Of a stretch of 64,000 nt of DNA, positions 1-12,199 are shown one piece after another. The stretch lies in contig CAJINV010000001.1 in assembly GCA_905178155.1 (NCBI GenBank), forward strand, positions 9,945,359-10,009,358. The letters run 5' to 3'. The position numbers and the translations under genes are program-made. The DNA is from Amoebophrya sp. A120. Its lineage: Eukaryota; Protista; Dinoflagellata. Each line of letters starts with the position of its first letter. The first letter of the stretch is position 1. The notes beneath the pieces are model-generated. The model was not told where the DNA came from and did not search any database. It worked only from the letters and a program-made list of their open reading frames with translations.

Positions 1-317
1 TTATTTTTTCTTTCCTCAAAGACAGAAAGCCTTGCTACAACGCGGAAAATGTTTCTGATGAAAATTCAATGTACTGCTCATTCATCCCGGCTTCTTCCAA
101 AAGCGTTGGCGATCCTGCAGGATCTCGGCCCCCAGCTTCCGTGGGTGACAAAGCCTCAACGTGTGTAGCTCCCCGTCCCAGCGCGAGCGAACACAGGCCG
201 AGAATTCGCTGCGTTTTTTTTTAAAATTCAGATCAATGGCATCCGGTGGCTCAGTTGGTTTTCTTTACTTCTGCGGCATTTTGAAAAAGCGAAACACGTG
301 AAGATGTTCCATCAAAC

Positions 318-1256
318 CTGCGCTAGCGGTTGCCCGGCCGATTCCTCCCACTGGTCACAGATTGCCTGTTCTATCGTTTCCGAGCGCGCCATGAAGCAGC
401 AGTAGGCCACGTAAACCAAGAAGAGCAGCGCTGCTTCGGCGGGAAACACCTTCCCGTCGAGGAACGTGAACAGCACGCAGAGCAGGGCGAACGCGTACCA
501 CAAACTGTCCCGGAAGAGCGGCCACCACGACAGCTTCAGCGGCTCGGGGGACACGATGCCGCAGGCACCAATGACGAACAGGACGTTGAAGACCGCGGAT
601 CCAAGGATGGTGCCGACGCCCACATCCGACTCGGTCAACCACATACACCCGATCAGGCTCGTGAAGAACTCCGGCGCGCTCCCGCCGGCCGCCATAAACG
701 TCGCGCCCGCTACATCCTCCGAAAGTTCCGCGCGCTCCGCGAGAACCTCGAGGCTGAGTGGATTAAAGGGTTTTTTTTTGTTTTGGTGTGAAGGGCGGTG
801 GACGACATTCATAGGCTCTAAATCAGCAGGCGTGCTGAACCCGCGGCGCAGCAATTCGGTGGACACAAAGCGATATGTGAGCTCGCCTCGAAGGTGGAAC
901 AAAACAGCAAGAAGTCGTAGATAGATACTTACACTCTTTTACCTTGGAACAAAGAATTCCTCGCAGACGATGGCTAAGAATGCGAAGCAATACATCACCC
1001 CGAGGAAGAGCGCAAAGGCTTCGCCACCGTTGCTGATTTCGTACTGATCCGCGACTATCACCGGAGACAAGGGGTGATCATCCGAAGCCTGGGAAAGCCT
1101 TCTGCGCTCCACTTTTCGATGATCCGGTATGGTGGCCGACTGGGCGCCCGAAGGACCGGCGGCTCCCGCGACGGCGGTTTCAAACCGAGCTCCGACGGGG
1201 TCCAGCAGTAGTGCGATCGCCGCTAGAAAGAGCGGCTGCCCCCCGCGCCGGATCAT
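318..1256 (-). CDS. K+-dependent Na+/Ca2+ exchanger (NCKX/SLC24-like, CaCA family), 5' part; exons 1256-943 and 753-318, gene continues toward or beyond the window start
   Basis: Signal-peptide-like N-terminus. LAIVCEEFFVP joins SLEVLAE via a phase-consistent GT-AG intron (942-754). Contains the alpha-1 repeat DVAGATFMAAGGSAPEFFTS and VGVGTILGSAVFNVL, then PLFRDSLWY. Confidence 0.9.
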
Positions 1257-2733
1257 TGCTGGAAAGGCGCGTCGCGGAGGCTAGCGGGCGCAGCCAGGCG
1301 GGACTGCTGCAGGGCCATGGTCGTCTGCACCGCGCAGAGCGGTCTTATCTTACCGCGCAGGCCAGCAGGCGCGATTCCGATCGGCCGTACGCGAGCGGCC
1401 GCGGTTGGGGTATTGCGAAGAAACTAAGTGGAGCAAGTCGCTACGCTTTTTATGCCTTTGTATTTAGTACACGCAGGCACGCCTTGAAATCACTGTCGCT
1501 CCGCTCCACATGAGCCGGTGCCTCGCTCTATGATATTTTACGCTAGGAGCACCTAGCCACTCGCTAGAAAAAAACAAGGCATCGGCCGAATGAGGTCCTT
1601 TCGCGGCGGATGACAAAAGAACCGCGAACCGATAGGCAATTGGAAGCGTTCGCGCTGCGCCACGAGGCCCAGCAGCGAGGCTCCGACCGACTCCGCTTTG
1701 CAAGAAGTTTCTTGCAGCAGTCCACGGGGGCCCTTGGGACTTTGCGGCACGGCCCCGCGCGACCGCGCTCTGGGTGGTGCAGCTTTTCCTGCAGGCGCGC
1801 CGGCAAGCGCCTTTTCGGCCGGCGATAAAAACGAATGGCCCGCGCGGCAAAACCGCGAGCCGCCCGGCAGCGCGCGCGCCTCGGGTTTCTTGGCATTCCG
1901 GCCGGGGCGCGTGGCCTCCATCGGCGCAGGCGGGCAGGTAGTTTACTAGCGGATTCAGCCGGCGAAGACCTGGCGCGAAACCCCGCGCGCTGGCCACGTT
2001 CCTCCAATGTCCAAGGCCCGGCCCGGCCGGCGGCCGCACGGCCAAAGCCCCTTCCCCCATCCACATGCCGAGGCCGCTTCTATACCCGCCCATCGAGGCT
2101 TTTCCCAACCCCCTCTTTTCCCGGTTTTCTAAGCCTGCCCAAGCGGGCCGTCGGAGCGCCCTTGTCGCGTTCGGCCAATCGCGGTCGATACACCCGGCCA
2201 GAGTCGGTCGCCGGAGCCCTATGTACCCCCCTCCCGCCCTATGATCCATGCTGGTGCCGGCGTCAGAGCTCCGATCAGGCATAATTGGAGCCCGGCGACT
2301 TCCCGATTTTCGAAAATTCCAGTGGAAGCTGGTGTGCTATCTTTTTTTCGTTTTACATTAGAGAAACAGACTAACGTTCCGGGAGAATGTGCGTTCTTCA
2401 ACGTTCGCTGCATATTTTGTTAGCATTATGCTCGGTAGGGTTGAGGATCTTTGTCATTTACATAGAGGTCCACTTTTGACGAAAATTGAAAAAGTCCACT
2501 GATTTCATCTTTTATAGTATTGAACTGCATATAAATCAATTGTGTGCATTATATAAGGTCTTCGGATACATCTACTCACTTCTTTTCATCCTATTAGTCA
2601 GCTTTTCTCAAAGGTCCAAAGTCCTCACTTTTTCCAAAAATTTTAAAACTGTAAAAATTCTAAGACTTTCATCGATTTCGGACAGTGTCTCAATTATTTC
2701 CATGCATTACGATGCAAATGCCCTTGCTCTTGT

Positions 2734-3117
2734 TGTTAAATCCGGTGGGGGGAGACGATGGAACACAGGCCCCCACCGGCTAAGCAACCCACATCCGCGT
2801 GGGGCAGATCGATCATAATAGTAATAGAATAGACCCAAACTAGTGCACAAACAGCATGGCCGCATCATCATCATCAAGCACCAAACATCCTCCATCGACA
2901 TCAACAGCATAGCAGTAGCCTCCTCTGTGTGTAGGCCTCTCTATTGGGCCCTCTACTCTTGTCCTCGTACCCTCCTGGCGGACCATCTACCGACGCTCTC
3001 GATAGACTGCGACGGTACAAACACGATAACGCTAGGCGCAGGCGCTATAATTTCACTATAGGGCCACAATGTGGCGCCACGGCCGCCACCACAAGGTGAC
3101 CGTGGCCCACTTTGTTA
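2734..3117. repeat. ~384-bp direct repeat, copy 1
   Basis: tgttaaatccggtggggggagacg...cactttgtta recurs at 5699 (offset 2965) with only a few substitutions. Confidence 0.9.
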
Positions 3118-5698
3118 TATCCCCCTTCTCGAAAAATAGGTCTTAGCCCACTAAAAAGGCACAGAAAATGCCAGTGCGTAGTAAGTGAAGCTCAACCAAA
3201 AGCAGCCGTGACTGGATAAAGTACCCGCGAAGGGAGAAAGAAATGAAGCAACCGCGTAACTATCCGGAAGTCGTGTTTTGTGAAATGCAGGAAAATGAAT
3301 ACTGCCAAAGCTCTTACACAGTATCTCGCCAGGAAGGGAGTCCAACCGCTAGCCCCCCTCGAGACTGTACGCGGGGCTGTCCTCAGAGGTCCTCAATAGC
3401 CACTGGGCACTCGAAGCGCTCGAGCTTATTGCCCCCACTGGAACTAAGCCATGTATAACTGTAGACGCAAAAGAACTCTGCTGGTAGAAGAAGCTGCACG
3501 CACAGGGCACGAGCTCAACACAGCTCGACAACTTTACCCCCGGAACGTGCACACCGCAAAAGACCAACAAAAACGCGATAAAGATACAGAGGCTAACATC
3601 ACCAGGATTGGCAAAGTACTGCTATCCAGGCCTGGTTTTTGCGCGCAGCCAGCTGAAAACGATGAGAATAGTTGTTGCCGGTAGAGCTAATTTATGTGAA
3701 AACGCATTACAGATTCCTTGTCTTTATCCACAATCCTCTGTCAGCGCGTGCATTTACATGTTAGGTTACAATAACAGCACGCCTTTCTTCGAAGGGGTAC
3801 ATATTTTCTGAAAATGGAAACGAAAATATCAACAAAGGTGAAACCGTGAGAACGCAGCACGAAGGAGCGAAAGCGCTGGCCAGTCACTGTCCCCTCCTCG
3901 CTCTGCCATGTGGTAAAAACGATCAGAAACAGATAAGAACGCAAGCGAAACTTTGCACAACAGGCAAAGATCGCGCTTTTGCGCGAAAGTGAAAAGCTGA
4001 GAGCCTAGTAGACATCCGGAAACGTTTGTAAAAATGTAAAGAACATAACTAACCTAGCTGCCCGTCCGTACGCGCCACCGTCTCAACTCGGACGAGACAA
4101 TGGTAGCGCCAGCACACTATATAGAGTTCTTGTCCACGAGATTGATGACCTGCGTCCCCGAAACCCCCAAACGCAGCCAACACGCTTGGCAATGCGAATG
4201 GTGTGTCCTCGAGATTATTCATATCCACGAAAGCCCGCACGCAGCCAACACGCTTGGCTGGTGCGCGTTGTGTCCCCGAGATTGTGCCCGCGAAAATTCA
4301 AATAGAGATACCTAACGCACTCGAAAAACGTATATAGCAATTAGATAGAAATGCAATAAGAGGCGCAGCTCATGGTTGGAAAGGGCTACTCAGCTGCGAG
4401 GAAACTCTAGTGATGCTGCGAAACAAATTTTGAAAACTTAGAAACAGGAGATGGCAGCAACGTCTGATAACTAGCGGCTTTTGGGTAGGGCGGCGTGATA
4501 AGTTTTGTAAGTAACTGAAGATAGCCAGACGGTAAAACGAGAAGCGCTGGCGTGTAAAATCGCATGACAAAGTTGTAAAAATGTAAAAACTAAAACTGTA
4601 AACCTAGATGGCTTGCCTGGAAGTAAAGTTATTCGCGCCCTGATTGGATAGATAGTGGCAACCTAAGAATACTAGCGATAGCAGGAGCACCTTGCCACGA
4701 CCGCTTGGCATCCTGCGGCTGAGCGTTTCCATCCTGTTTCATACGTCACATCCTGCAACGCAGTTGCATCCTGTCACGCACTTACATCCTGGAACGCTCT
4801 TCCCGCATCCTGCAAGGAGACGCAGCGCGATGTCCCGCCCGTTCTTATCCGCTATCGTCACTCCTTGGCGTCACACTGCCGCAGGGGCGCGCGCTCGTGA
4901 ATCAAACCGCATGGGGTCGCTGTTGTCTCCGCACCGCCAGCAACCCGGCCTGCACACCGGATTGTAGATGAGTTTTGTACCGCGCACCAAAATTGCATCA
5001 GAATGCTGCCCGGCCCACGAAGCTCGGCCAATGGTACTCGCCGCTGCTGTGGTAGTCCGCTCCTGCTGCATGAGAGAGTGAATAGCATGGCCGAAATGAA
5101 GCGCATTTTGCATCCCAGCTAGCTCGACTTGCTTGTCGTCCACCGATAGCATCGCGCCCTCGAGAAACAAGGGCGCCACTGTATGAGCTGCCGCGATATC
5201 AAACTTCCACCGTGCGTGGAGGAGAAACTCCCGCACGGCCTCGAATTTACTTCCGGGGCGCCCGGAACGCGCGTGATTGATCGTGGCCGCAGTGACAGAA
5301 GGCGGGAAGTCGCACTGCAGGAGAGGTTTGAACCATTTGCGTTGGCCCTTCACCGTGCTGAAGAAGAGTTTCGCGCAGCGTGCCGTGGCGCGAGGAGGAG
5401 ATACTCCCGCGCCAATACTTGCAAAATGTTGAAGCCGAGCTGCTATCTTCCCTCTGTAGCCGCGCCTGTTGTCGCGGTGCGGGGACGAGAAACTCCCGCA
5501 CCGTAAGCCGAGCCTGGATCCAGTACCTTCACGGTACGTCGCGCCGCTTTATTGCTGATGAAAAATCCACGCTATCGCGTGCTGCGCCGCCGTTCCCGCC
5601 AAGATTCCCGCCTGCCGCACTCGAAACCCGGGCGAAGAAAAAGCGCAGCACCGTCGTGAATAGGGTCCCCGCACGTTGCAGCGCGGGTTGCGGCACCA

Positions 5699-6147
5699 TG
5701 TTAAATCCGGTGGGGGGAGACGATGGAACACAGGCCCCCACCGGCTAAGCAACCCACATCCGCGTGGGGCAGATCGATCACAATAGTAATAGAATAGACC
5801 CAAACTAGTGCACAAACAGCATGGCCACATCATCACCATCAAGCACCAAACATCCTCCATCGGCATCAACAGCATAGCAGTAGCCTCCTCTGTGTGTAGG
5901 CCTCTCTATTGGGCCCTTTACTCTTGTCCTCGTACCCTCCTGGCGGACCATCTACCGACGCTCTCGATAGACTACGACGGTACAAACACGATAACGCTAG
6001 GCGCAGGCGTTATAATTTCACTATAGGGCCACAATGTGGCGCCACGGCCGCCGCCACAAGGTGACCGTGGCTCACTTTGTTTTCACTATAGGGCCACAAT
6101 GTGGCGCCACGGCCGCCACCACAAGGTGACCCTGGCCCACTTTGTTA
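5699..6147. repeat. Direct repeat copy 2, with an extra tandem copy of its terminal ~66 bp (6082-6147)
   Basis: Near-identical to 2734-3117; the unit ttcactatagggccac...cactttgtt occurs twice here. Confidence 0.9.
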
Positions 6148-8097
6148 CTTGTGCGCTTTCTACTGGATTGATATAGATAAAAAGCCTTCCACAAAGGGCC
6201 CCAATTTTTTTATTTTTTTGAAAATTTACAATAGGCAAAAAATACATGCTAAATATGTTCAAACACGATCAATATCAGCGATGCATCGGTGTAAAGGTTA
6301 CGAAAGAGCGGTCTTTATCCTTTATTGCAAAAATTTTCTCTTTATTCAACAATATGAATTTTTTCAATTTTTTTCGACATATAGAAAAGCTAAAAATTTT
6401 TGCATTTATGGCAACCATCTGACAAGTAATGTAATCAATATCGGATAAATGCAATAGATATTACAGGCAACAATATGCTTAACTGATGGAATCAAAGCAC
6501 TGCTCAAGAGATCAAGTCTCTTAATTTTTTTTAGTTTTTCTATTGTCGAGGATTTTGATTTTTTGTGTTATAGAGATGTAATAAAACTTCTTCACTTGAT
6601 AAATGACATAACTTAACACAAATGGGCTTTCTGTTTACCTTAACACACACATTTTGCACCTCTATAATTACCATACTTCTTCAACAGAGTCACAAGATCA
6701 CTGGTATTATGTCCCTTGGTGGGCCTATCAGCCTTCTTGGATGGGCCCCAATGGGCACATCCTATTCCATCTCCTCCAGGATCCTCCGAAACCGACCGCC
6801 GACGCCCCTGTAATGTGGTTGTCCGCCTTCTTGAAGCCCGGCCGCATGCGCAACCCCCTTCCAAAATGGAAACCCGGACCCCCCTTCCGGCCCGGGCAGT
6901 GGAGCTCCGATTCCTAATCGCCCAGGTATCTGCGCCCCGCGGGCTAGGACCGCGCGGGCTCCGCTACATTTGGTGCGCTGCCGCTCCGTCCCGTGGTGGC
7001 TTGCCCGAGTGCCTGCTTCGCCGATCTCCGTCACCCCGCTGCCGGTGCCAAAGGGCCAGCTTCGGACCATTCCACCCGCGCGGGGTGGCGGTAACGACGT
7101 TACACGAACTCACGCAAGGGGCTTGATCGGGGAGAGTCCGCACAGAAATCGGGCCCGCTGGGAATCCGGCTTCCCGATCAGCCTCGACGTCCGGATCCTC
7201 TCGAAATACGGCCGGACCCGCGGAAAAGCTCGACTTGTAATAGCCGCCCCGCGCCCCGGTCCATGCATGCAATCGCAATCTCAAGAAGCGAAGTATGAAA
7301 CAACTAAGCTGTCGGTGCAGCGGCCAAGCTGTGCCGCAGCAAGTATGCGCCAATTTGTGGCGCGGAAAGGACATCACAGAACACCGCCCGCGCCGCAACC
7401 TCCGACAGAATATAGCAGCCGGTGTGCGCCCCGCGAGCTTAGGTCTGGTCGGGCAGCGGGCTAGCTTTTGCACCCTCGGAGACCGCGCGCCGGGCCTCTT
7501 CCCCGCCATGGCGCGTTCCGCAGTGCTGCCGCGGCGGGACCCCGCGGAGGGTGATTCAGCGCAGCGCACGCGGTAGCGACAACCGCGCGCAAGGACTTGC
7601 GTGCACTTTTTTTACTGGTGTCATGTAGGACACCCGCGATCTCGGCCTCCGATTCCGTACGCCCGGGTGCGGACGGAAGATCTACGTTGTGGCAATGATC
7701 GTAAAAACACGCAATCCACGTCCGGCCGGGACGAAACAATATTGATCGAAAATCTAGACGAGAAGCTCAGTCGTTGTTTCGCGGATCAGCTAGGGTAAGG
7801 ATGACACTACTGCACAAGTGCCGACTGTGCTATACTCGTTCTCGTCAGCCCTTTCGTTGATTTCCCGAAAGCAGATTTCCAATGCATGCAAAGCAGCAGT
7901 CACCACGCAACAAAAAAACTACAGGGACACTCTCTTGTCGCAGGAGCTGTTTCTCCGATACATTTACGGTTCGCGCTGACGGTTTGCGTTGTCGCAATTC
8001 GCCTAATAAACTGTGATCAAATTTGGTTCTGTCGCTGCTTTTTCATTTTTATTCGTTAGCAATCCGAAGAACATTGGAAATAGCACGGCCTTACAGG

Positions 8098-9674
8098 ATG
8101 AAAATTCTTTTAGCAACCGCATTAGCGCACTTCACTTACGAAGTGACAGGTAAAACGGCCGGCTCCTCCTCCGCCGCGATCCTTGCAGGCGCCGCGAGTA
8201 GTACCGACGACGCTGCAACAGCGGCGCCGGGCCTTGCCGCGCCCGACGGACATGACGTGGTGCGGGAACAACAAGAGGACTTCCTGCCGTTGATTGACCT
8301 TAGCGCCGTGCTCGCGACTGCGGCGCAGAAGGAAGACGCGACCGACGACGCCCTCGCCAAGCACAACGAGGCCGTGCGGCAGATGAAGCGCGCGATGGAG
8401 ACGGTCGGCTTTTGCCGCGTTACCGGCTACCAGTACACCCCCGCCCTCTGGGACCGCATGTGGGCCTTGGGCAAGCAGATGTTCCGATGGGAAGACAAAA
8501 ACGAGTTCCTGACGGCGAAGGATTCTAACGCGGGCTTCCCCTACGGACTCGGGACGATGAAAAAGGACGAATCGAACCAGACCTTTGACTACTTCTCGGA
8601 CGGGCAGATCGACAAACCGCGTTTGCTCCCGACGGGACAGGATTTAAACGTCGACGAGGGAGAGAGTCGGCGGATGTGGAAGGACGCCAAGGAAACGGAT
8701 TTCCCCCACCGACACGTGGACGGGGAAAGATACGACGCGAAGCGGTCGGGGCGAGCGCTGTTGAGCTGCTGCGGGAGGCGGAAGACGCGAGAAAGCGTAG
8801 ATCGTTGTGGCAGTCTTGTAGGAATTCAATTTTTCGATTACGTTGCGCTCGCAGGCCTTGTTTGGCTGCGCATAGAAGTTCGTTGGCCGTGCAGCAATGT
8901 TCTCGTCTCTCATTTCCACAAGCCACAAAACCACATCAACAGGCCGGCGCAGACGAGGACGACCATAGCTTGTACAAGACTGTCGACCTGAACCAGTACT
9001 ACAACGAGTTTGCGAAGATCGCTTTCACCGTCGTCGCGCTGCTCCGGGACAGCCTAGAGGTCCCGTCCGAGTTAGACTTGGAAGAAATGGAAAGGACCCA
9101 CTGGTCCGTGATGCGGTTTCTCGACTACCCCTCGCTGCCCGTGGAAAAACTGCCGACCAGCCCGGAGCTGGACCACAAACTGCGGCCGCGGATTCCGCCG
9201 CACGAAGACTTCGGGCTGATCACCATCCTACGGCAGGACGAGAACGGTGGCCTGCAAGTTTTGAACAAGGACGAGACCGTGAAAAAGAACCTCCCGGAGA
9301 AGGACTGGAAACGACACGGCGTGTACGAAACGATCGCCGGGAAGGCGAAGGCAAAATTGCCGGACCGCAGTGGAACAGCAGGTGCGAGCAATGTACAAGG
9401 TGCTACGGCTGAAGAGCCCCTGCAGGAGCCGTTGATTGTGAACATCGGCCGCGTCTGGGATTCCTACACCAACGACAAAGTGCGAGCGACTACGCACAAA
9501 GTCGAGCCGGTGATTGTGGACGGGCGGACGACGGCACGCAATTCGCACGCGTTCTTTTTGAACCCGAACTGGGTCTCGTGCTTCTTCGGGCCTTTGCCGC
9601 AGTACGGAGGAGACAAGAAAGATTGGATCAATTTCGGCATGCACATAAACAACTGCATCAAGCCTCGGTATTAA
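8098..9674 (+). CDS. 2-oxoglutarate/Fe(II)-dependent dioxygenase (IPNS/DIOX_N-type) with a hydrophobic N-terminus; probable intron about 8797-8942
   Basis: LPLIDLS and METVGFCRVTG match the DIOX_N region. PHEDFGLITILRQDENGGLQV carries the HxD motif, followed by LIVNIG, THKV (distal His) and RNSHAFF (RxS 2OG-binding). The two ORF frames can be joined by a phase-0 GT-AG intron, but the boundary is tentative. Confidence 0.85.
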
Positions 9675-10335
9675 AGAGGGAGATAGAAAGATGATAGAAA
9701 ATAGAAAAGTAGAAAGGATCGCGCCGCCTTTTGTCGTTTTGGAAATTTAGTACCTGCTCAGTTATACCAAAGTAATTTGTCGCCTTTCTTTATACAGCAC
9801 TTTGACGCTTATTTTTCCGACAAATTCAAGCGCGCAGGGGCGTTACGTTTTACCACGAATATAAAGAATCCTGTTGATTTGACACCTAACGAAATAGAGT
9901 TGGAACCTAACGAAGAGAGATGAAACCTAACGAACAGTAGAGATGGAACCAAACCTTCCTAACCAACTCCGCGCTAGAACCGAATCTTGAGTTTGTGGTG
10001 CAAGAGCGCTGACACTGAAGGGAGATCTTCTATTGCAAGACTCTATCGCAAACGATAACGATTCTTGAGAAATAACAACCATGGGAAAAGTTTTTTCGCG
10101 CTTGTTGTAGCCCCTTTTACTGCCGACTCACATCGCGATCCTCGCCGTCAGCCAGTTGAAAACGATCATCGCTAAAAGGCAACCCAGTTCAGAGGATCAC
10201 GAGCTCCCTCGGTCTTCATCCGCTGGGCATTGCATTTTTTTGACGGCAAGATTAATCGCAGGGCGTGTTACAGCATCTGGGTACGCTAGGATCATTTTGA
10301 CATTTGCTAGATCGATTCACACCGTTCCTCGGAAA

Positions 10336-11232
10336 ATGCCCTCCACAAGTCTGCTCCTCCTCAGCGCAGCTGCACTACTGCACAGGGCAGCAGCAATAAG
10401 AGTTCGTGCGCCCTCGGGAATAGCCGTGCCTGCAAGCGGCACTTGCGCCAATACATTCGGTCCGATCTCTGTTGCGGAAGAAGACATTGACTACCCCTAC
10501 TACAAAGAGAGCACCACCTACACCTGGAGCGCTTTACCTCCGCCTGACGCAATACAGCTGGATGGAAATGGCAACCCGCTGCCGGTCAAGCTGCACCTTT
10601 TCACACAGTTCGAAAACACGAGGCGACTGTGGCCTGATCTCTACTTCACGCCCGCCGGTACGGAGTCGCCGGTAGCCACGGTTCCGGCACGGTTGAGCAT
10701 CGGTTCCGCGGAGCTCCTCGAAGCTGACAGCTCGACTGGCACGAGCGGGATTTTCGGTGACACGGACCACGCCGATTCCGAATGGGCCGAGCAAGGATGG
10801 CAACAAAGAGAAACGTGGCCGAAGGAAAAAGTAGACTTCAAGCTCCAGTACAAACCGCGGAAGTCGCTAAGTTTCGTACCGAAATCGGCGATAATAGAGG
10901 GTAGGCTCGAAACGGAGAACCTGAAACCTACCTTCACCTTTGAATTCGTCGAGCGAGAGTCGTCGCCCGTAACTGGCGATGGGTGGCTCGTCTACAAGCA
11001 AGTGATTCGCTATTTTAGGAGTCGCTTTTTGTTTCAACACGACCAGAACTACCCAATGTGGTTAGTGTCTGCCAAGCCGAACTATCTGGGCGAGTTGACC
11101 TTTGTGTACGTCGAGAAACCTCCAAAATGCAGCGTCACACACATGATCAAGATGACCCTGGGCAAAGCAGAGATGGAACCGACACCGCTCCCGGCCCTGC
11201 TTTTATCCGCGCGGAATAGGAGCGCGATTTGA
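10336..11232 (+). CDS. Hypothetical secreted protein (~298 aa)
   Basis: Long ORF; ATG at 10336 starts a signal peptide MPSTSLLLLSAAALLHRAAA. No family recognised. Confidence 0.7.
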   Translation: MPSTSLLLLSAAALLHRAAAIRVRAPSGIAVPASGTCANTFGPISVAEEDIDYPYYKESTTYTWSALPPPDAIQLDGNGNPLPVKLHLFTQFENTRRLWPDLYFTPAGTESPVATVPARLSIGSAELLEADSSTGTSGIFGDTDHADSEWAEQGWQQRETWPKEKVDFKLQYKPRKSLSFVPKSAIIEGRLETENLKPTFTFEFVERESSPVTGDGWLVYKQVIRYFRSRFLFQHDQNYPMWLVSAKPNYLGELTFVYVEKPPKCSVTHMIKMTLGKAEMEPTPLPALLLSARNRSAI

Positions 11233-12031
11233 TTACGTTGCCTCATCACGTGTTGTTTTCACGCCGGAGCAGGACCGAAAAGTTTCATTTTATTCGAATG
11301 AATCAATATTTTTCATCCGCAACTTCGGTTGTATGATAATGCACAGTCACCGATGGATTTTTCGGTGCATCTGGTTTTAATATTACCTCTGCGAAAGTGA
11401 AACCCCAGATCTGCTTCGGGCAGATGTCTGCCAAGCAAAAAGTGTTTTACATAGGTATGAGATTGTGTGATAGTACACTTGTCAGGAACTCTAGAGGCGC
11501 TTCCAAAAAATTTCCGTAGCGGTCTCAGCAGGGTTTTGCGATTTAATACGAAGACGGAAATTATCCATGAGTACGACTACTATAACGGCATGAGGCCATG
11601 CGCGGCTCTTACGCAAGATATACGTTGTTCGGTCGATCGCACTTGTTGAAGCTCGTATCGCTCGTTCGAAGTTCTCGCTTTCGAACCGACATAAAAATGC
11701 GTTGAAACGAACACGACGAATCGGAGAGAAAATATCAAAAGTTTGCTTTGCTTCGTCGTGGACACGAGCGGTTTACTGTCGGTTGTTGTATGTAGTTGCA
11801 CGATAGTACCGCTCTCCGATCTACTTCTCTTCACTGTTTCCTGCTGGATCCAAGAAGATTCATCTCGACGTGAGCAGGTTTTTGTTCACAGCATTGATTT
11901 TTTTGGGATCCTTGATGTCATCTCTTAGCAAGTCGATAGAACAAGGTGGTACTCGGGTTTGATGCAAAAATGATACCAGCAGAAGTGCCTTCCCGCAACA
12001 CACGACGACTAATCCTCGAGCGCTGCTAACC

Positions 12032-12199
12032 ATGCCCGTAGGCCTCGGGAACGGTCCGCCGCATCGGTTGATTCTGGCCACCGCGAATGGCCGGGCGGAG
12101 GACCAGAATTACGGAAGACGGAACTCAGGACCGACTACCACATCGGCGCAAAGCAACAACTACGTACCCGCGTGTGGAACTTCGACGATGGGCGGATCC
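12032..12199 (+). pseudogene. 5' fragment of the MICAL-like gene, truncated at the duplication junction
   Basis: Identical to 16076-16243 (MPVGLGNG...TMGGS), then reads out of frame into the oxygenase copy and stops at 12337. Confidence 0.8.

Noticed and set aside
1529-1550. tatga start resembling the introner terminus
   Set aside because: I found no matching inverted end or 5-bp TSD.
1464-2284. Several overlapping GC-rich ORFs on both strands (similarly 6716-7576)
   Set aside because: They give R/A/G/P-rich translations in all frames with no domain or frame preference, typical of non-coding GC-rich sequence.
3053-3063. tcactataggg resembling the end of a T7 promoter (also near 6018 and 6083)
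   Set aside because: Only the last 11 nt match, it is part of a genomic repeat, and there is no other vector sequence.
4871-5353. 160-aa minus-strand ORF with CWRCG as a possible gag zinc knuckle or transposase remnant
   Set aside because: There is no complete CCHC motif and no RT, integrase or DDE motif.
5535-5630. ctgatga...gaaac as a possible hammerhead ribozyme next to the direct repeat
   Set aside because: I could not form convincing stems I-III around the core.
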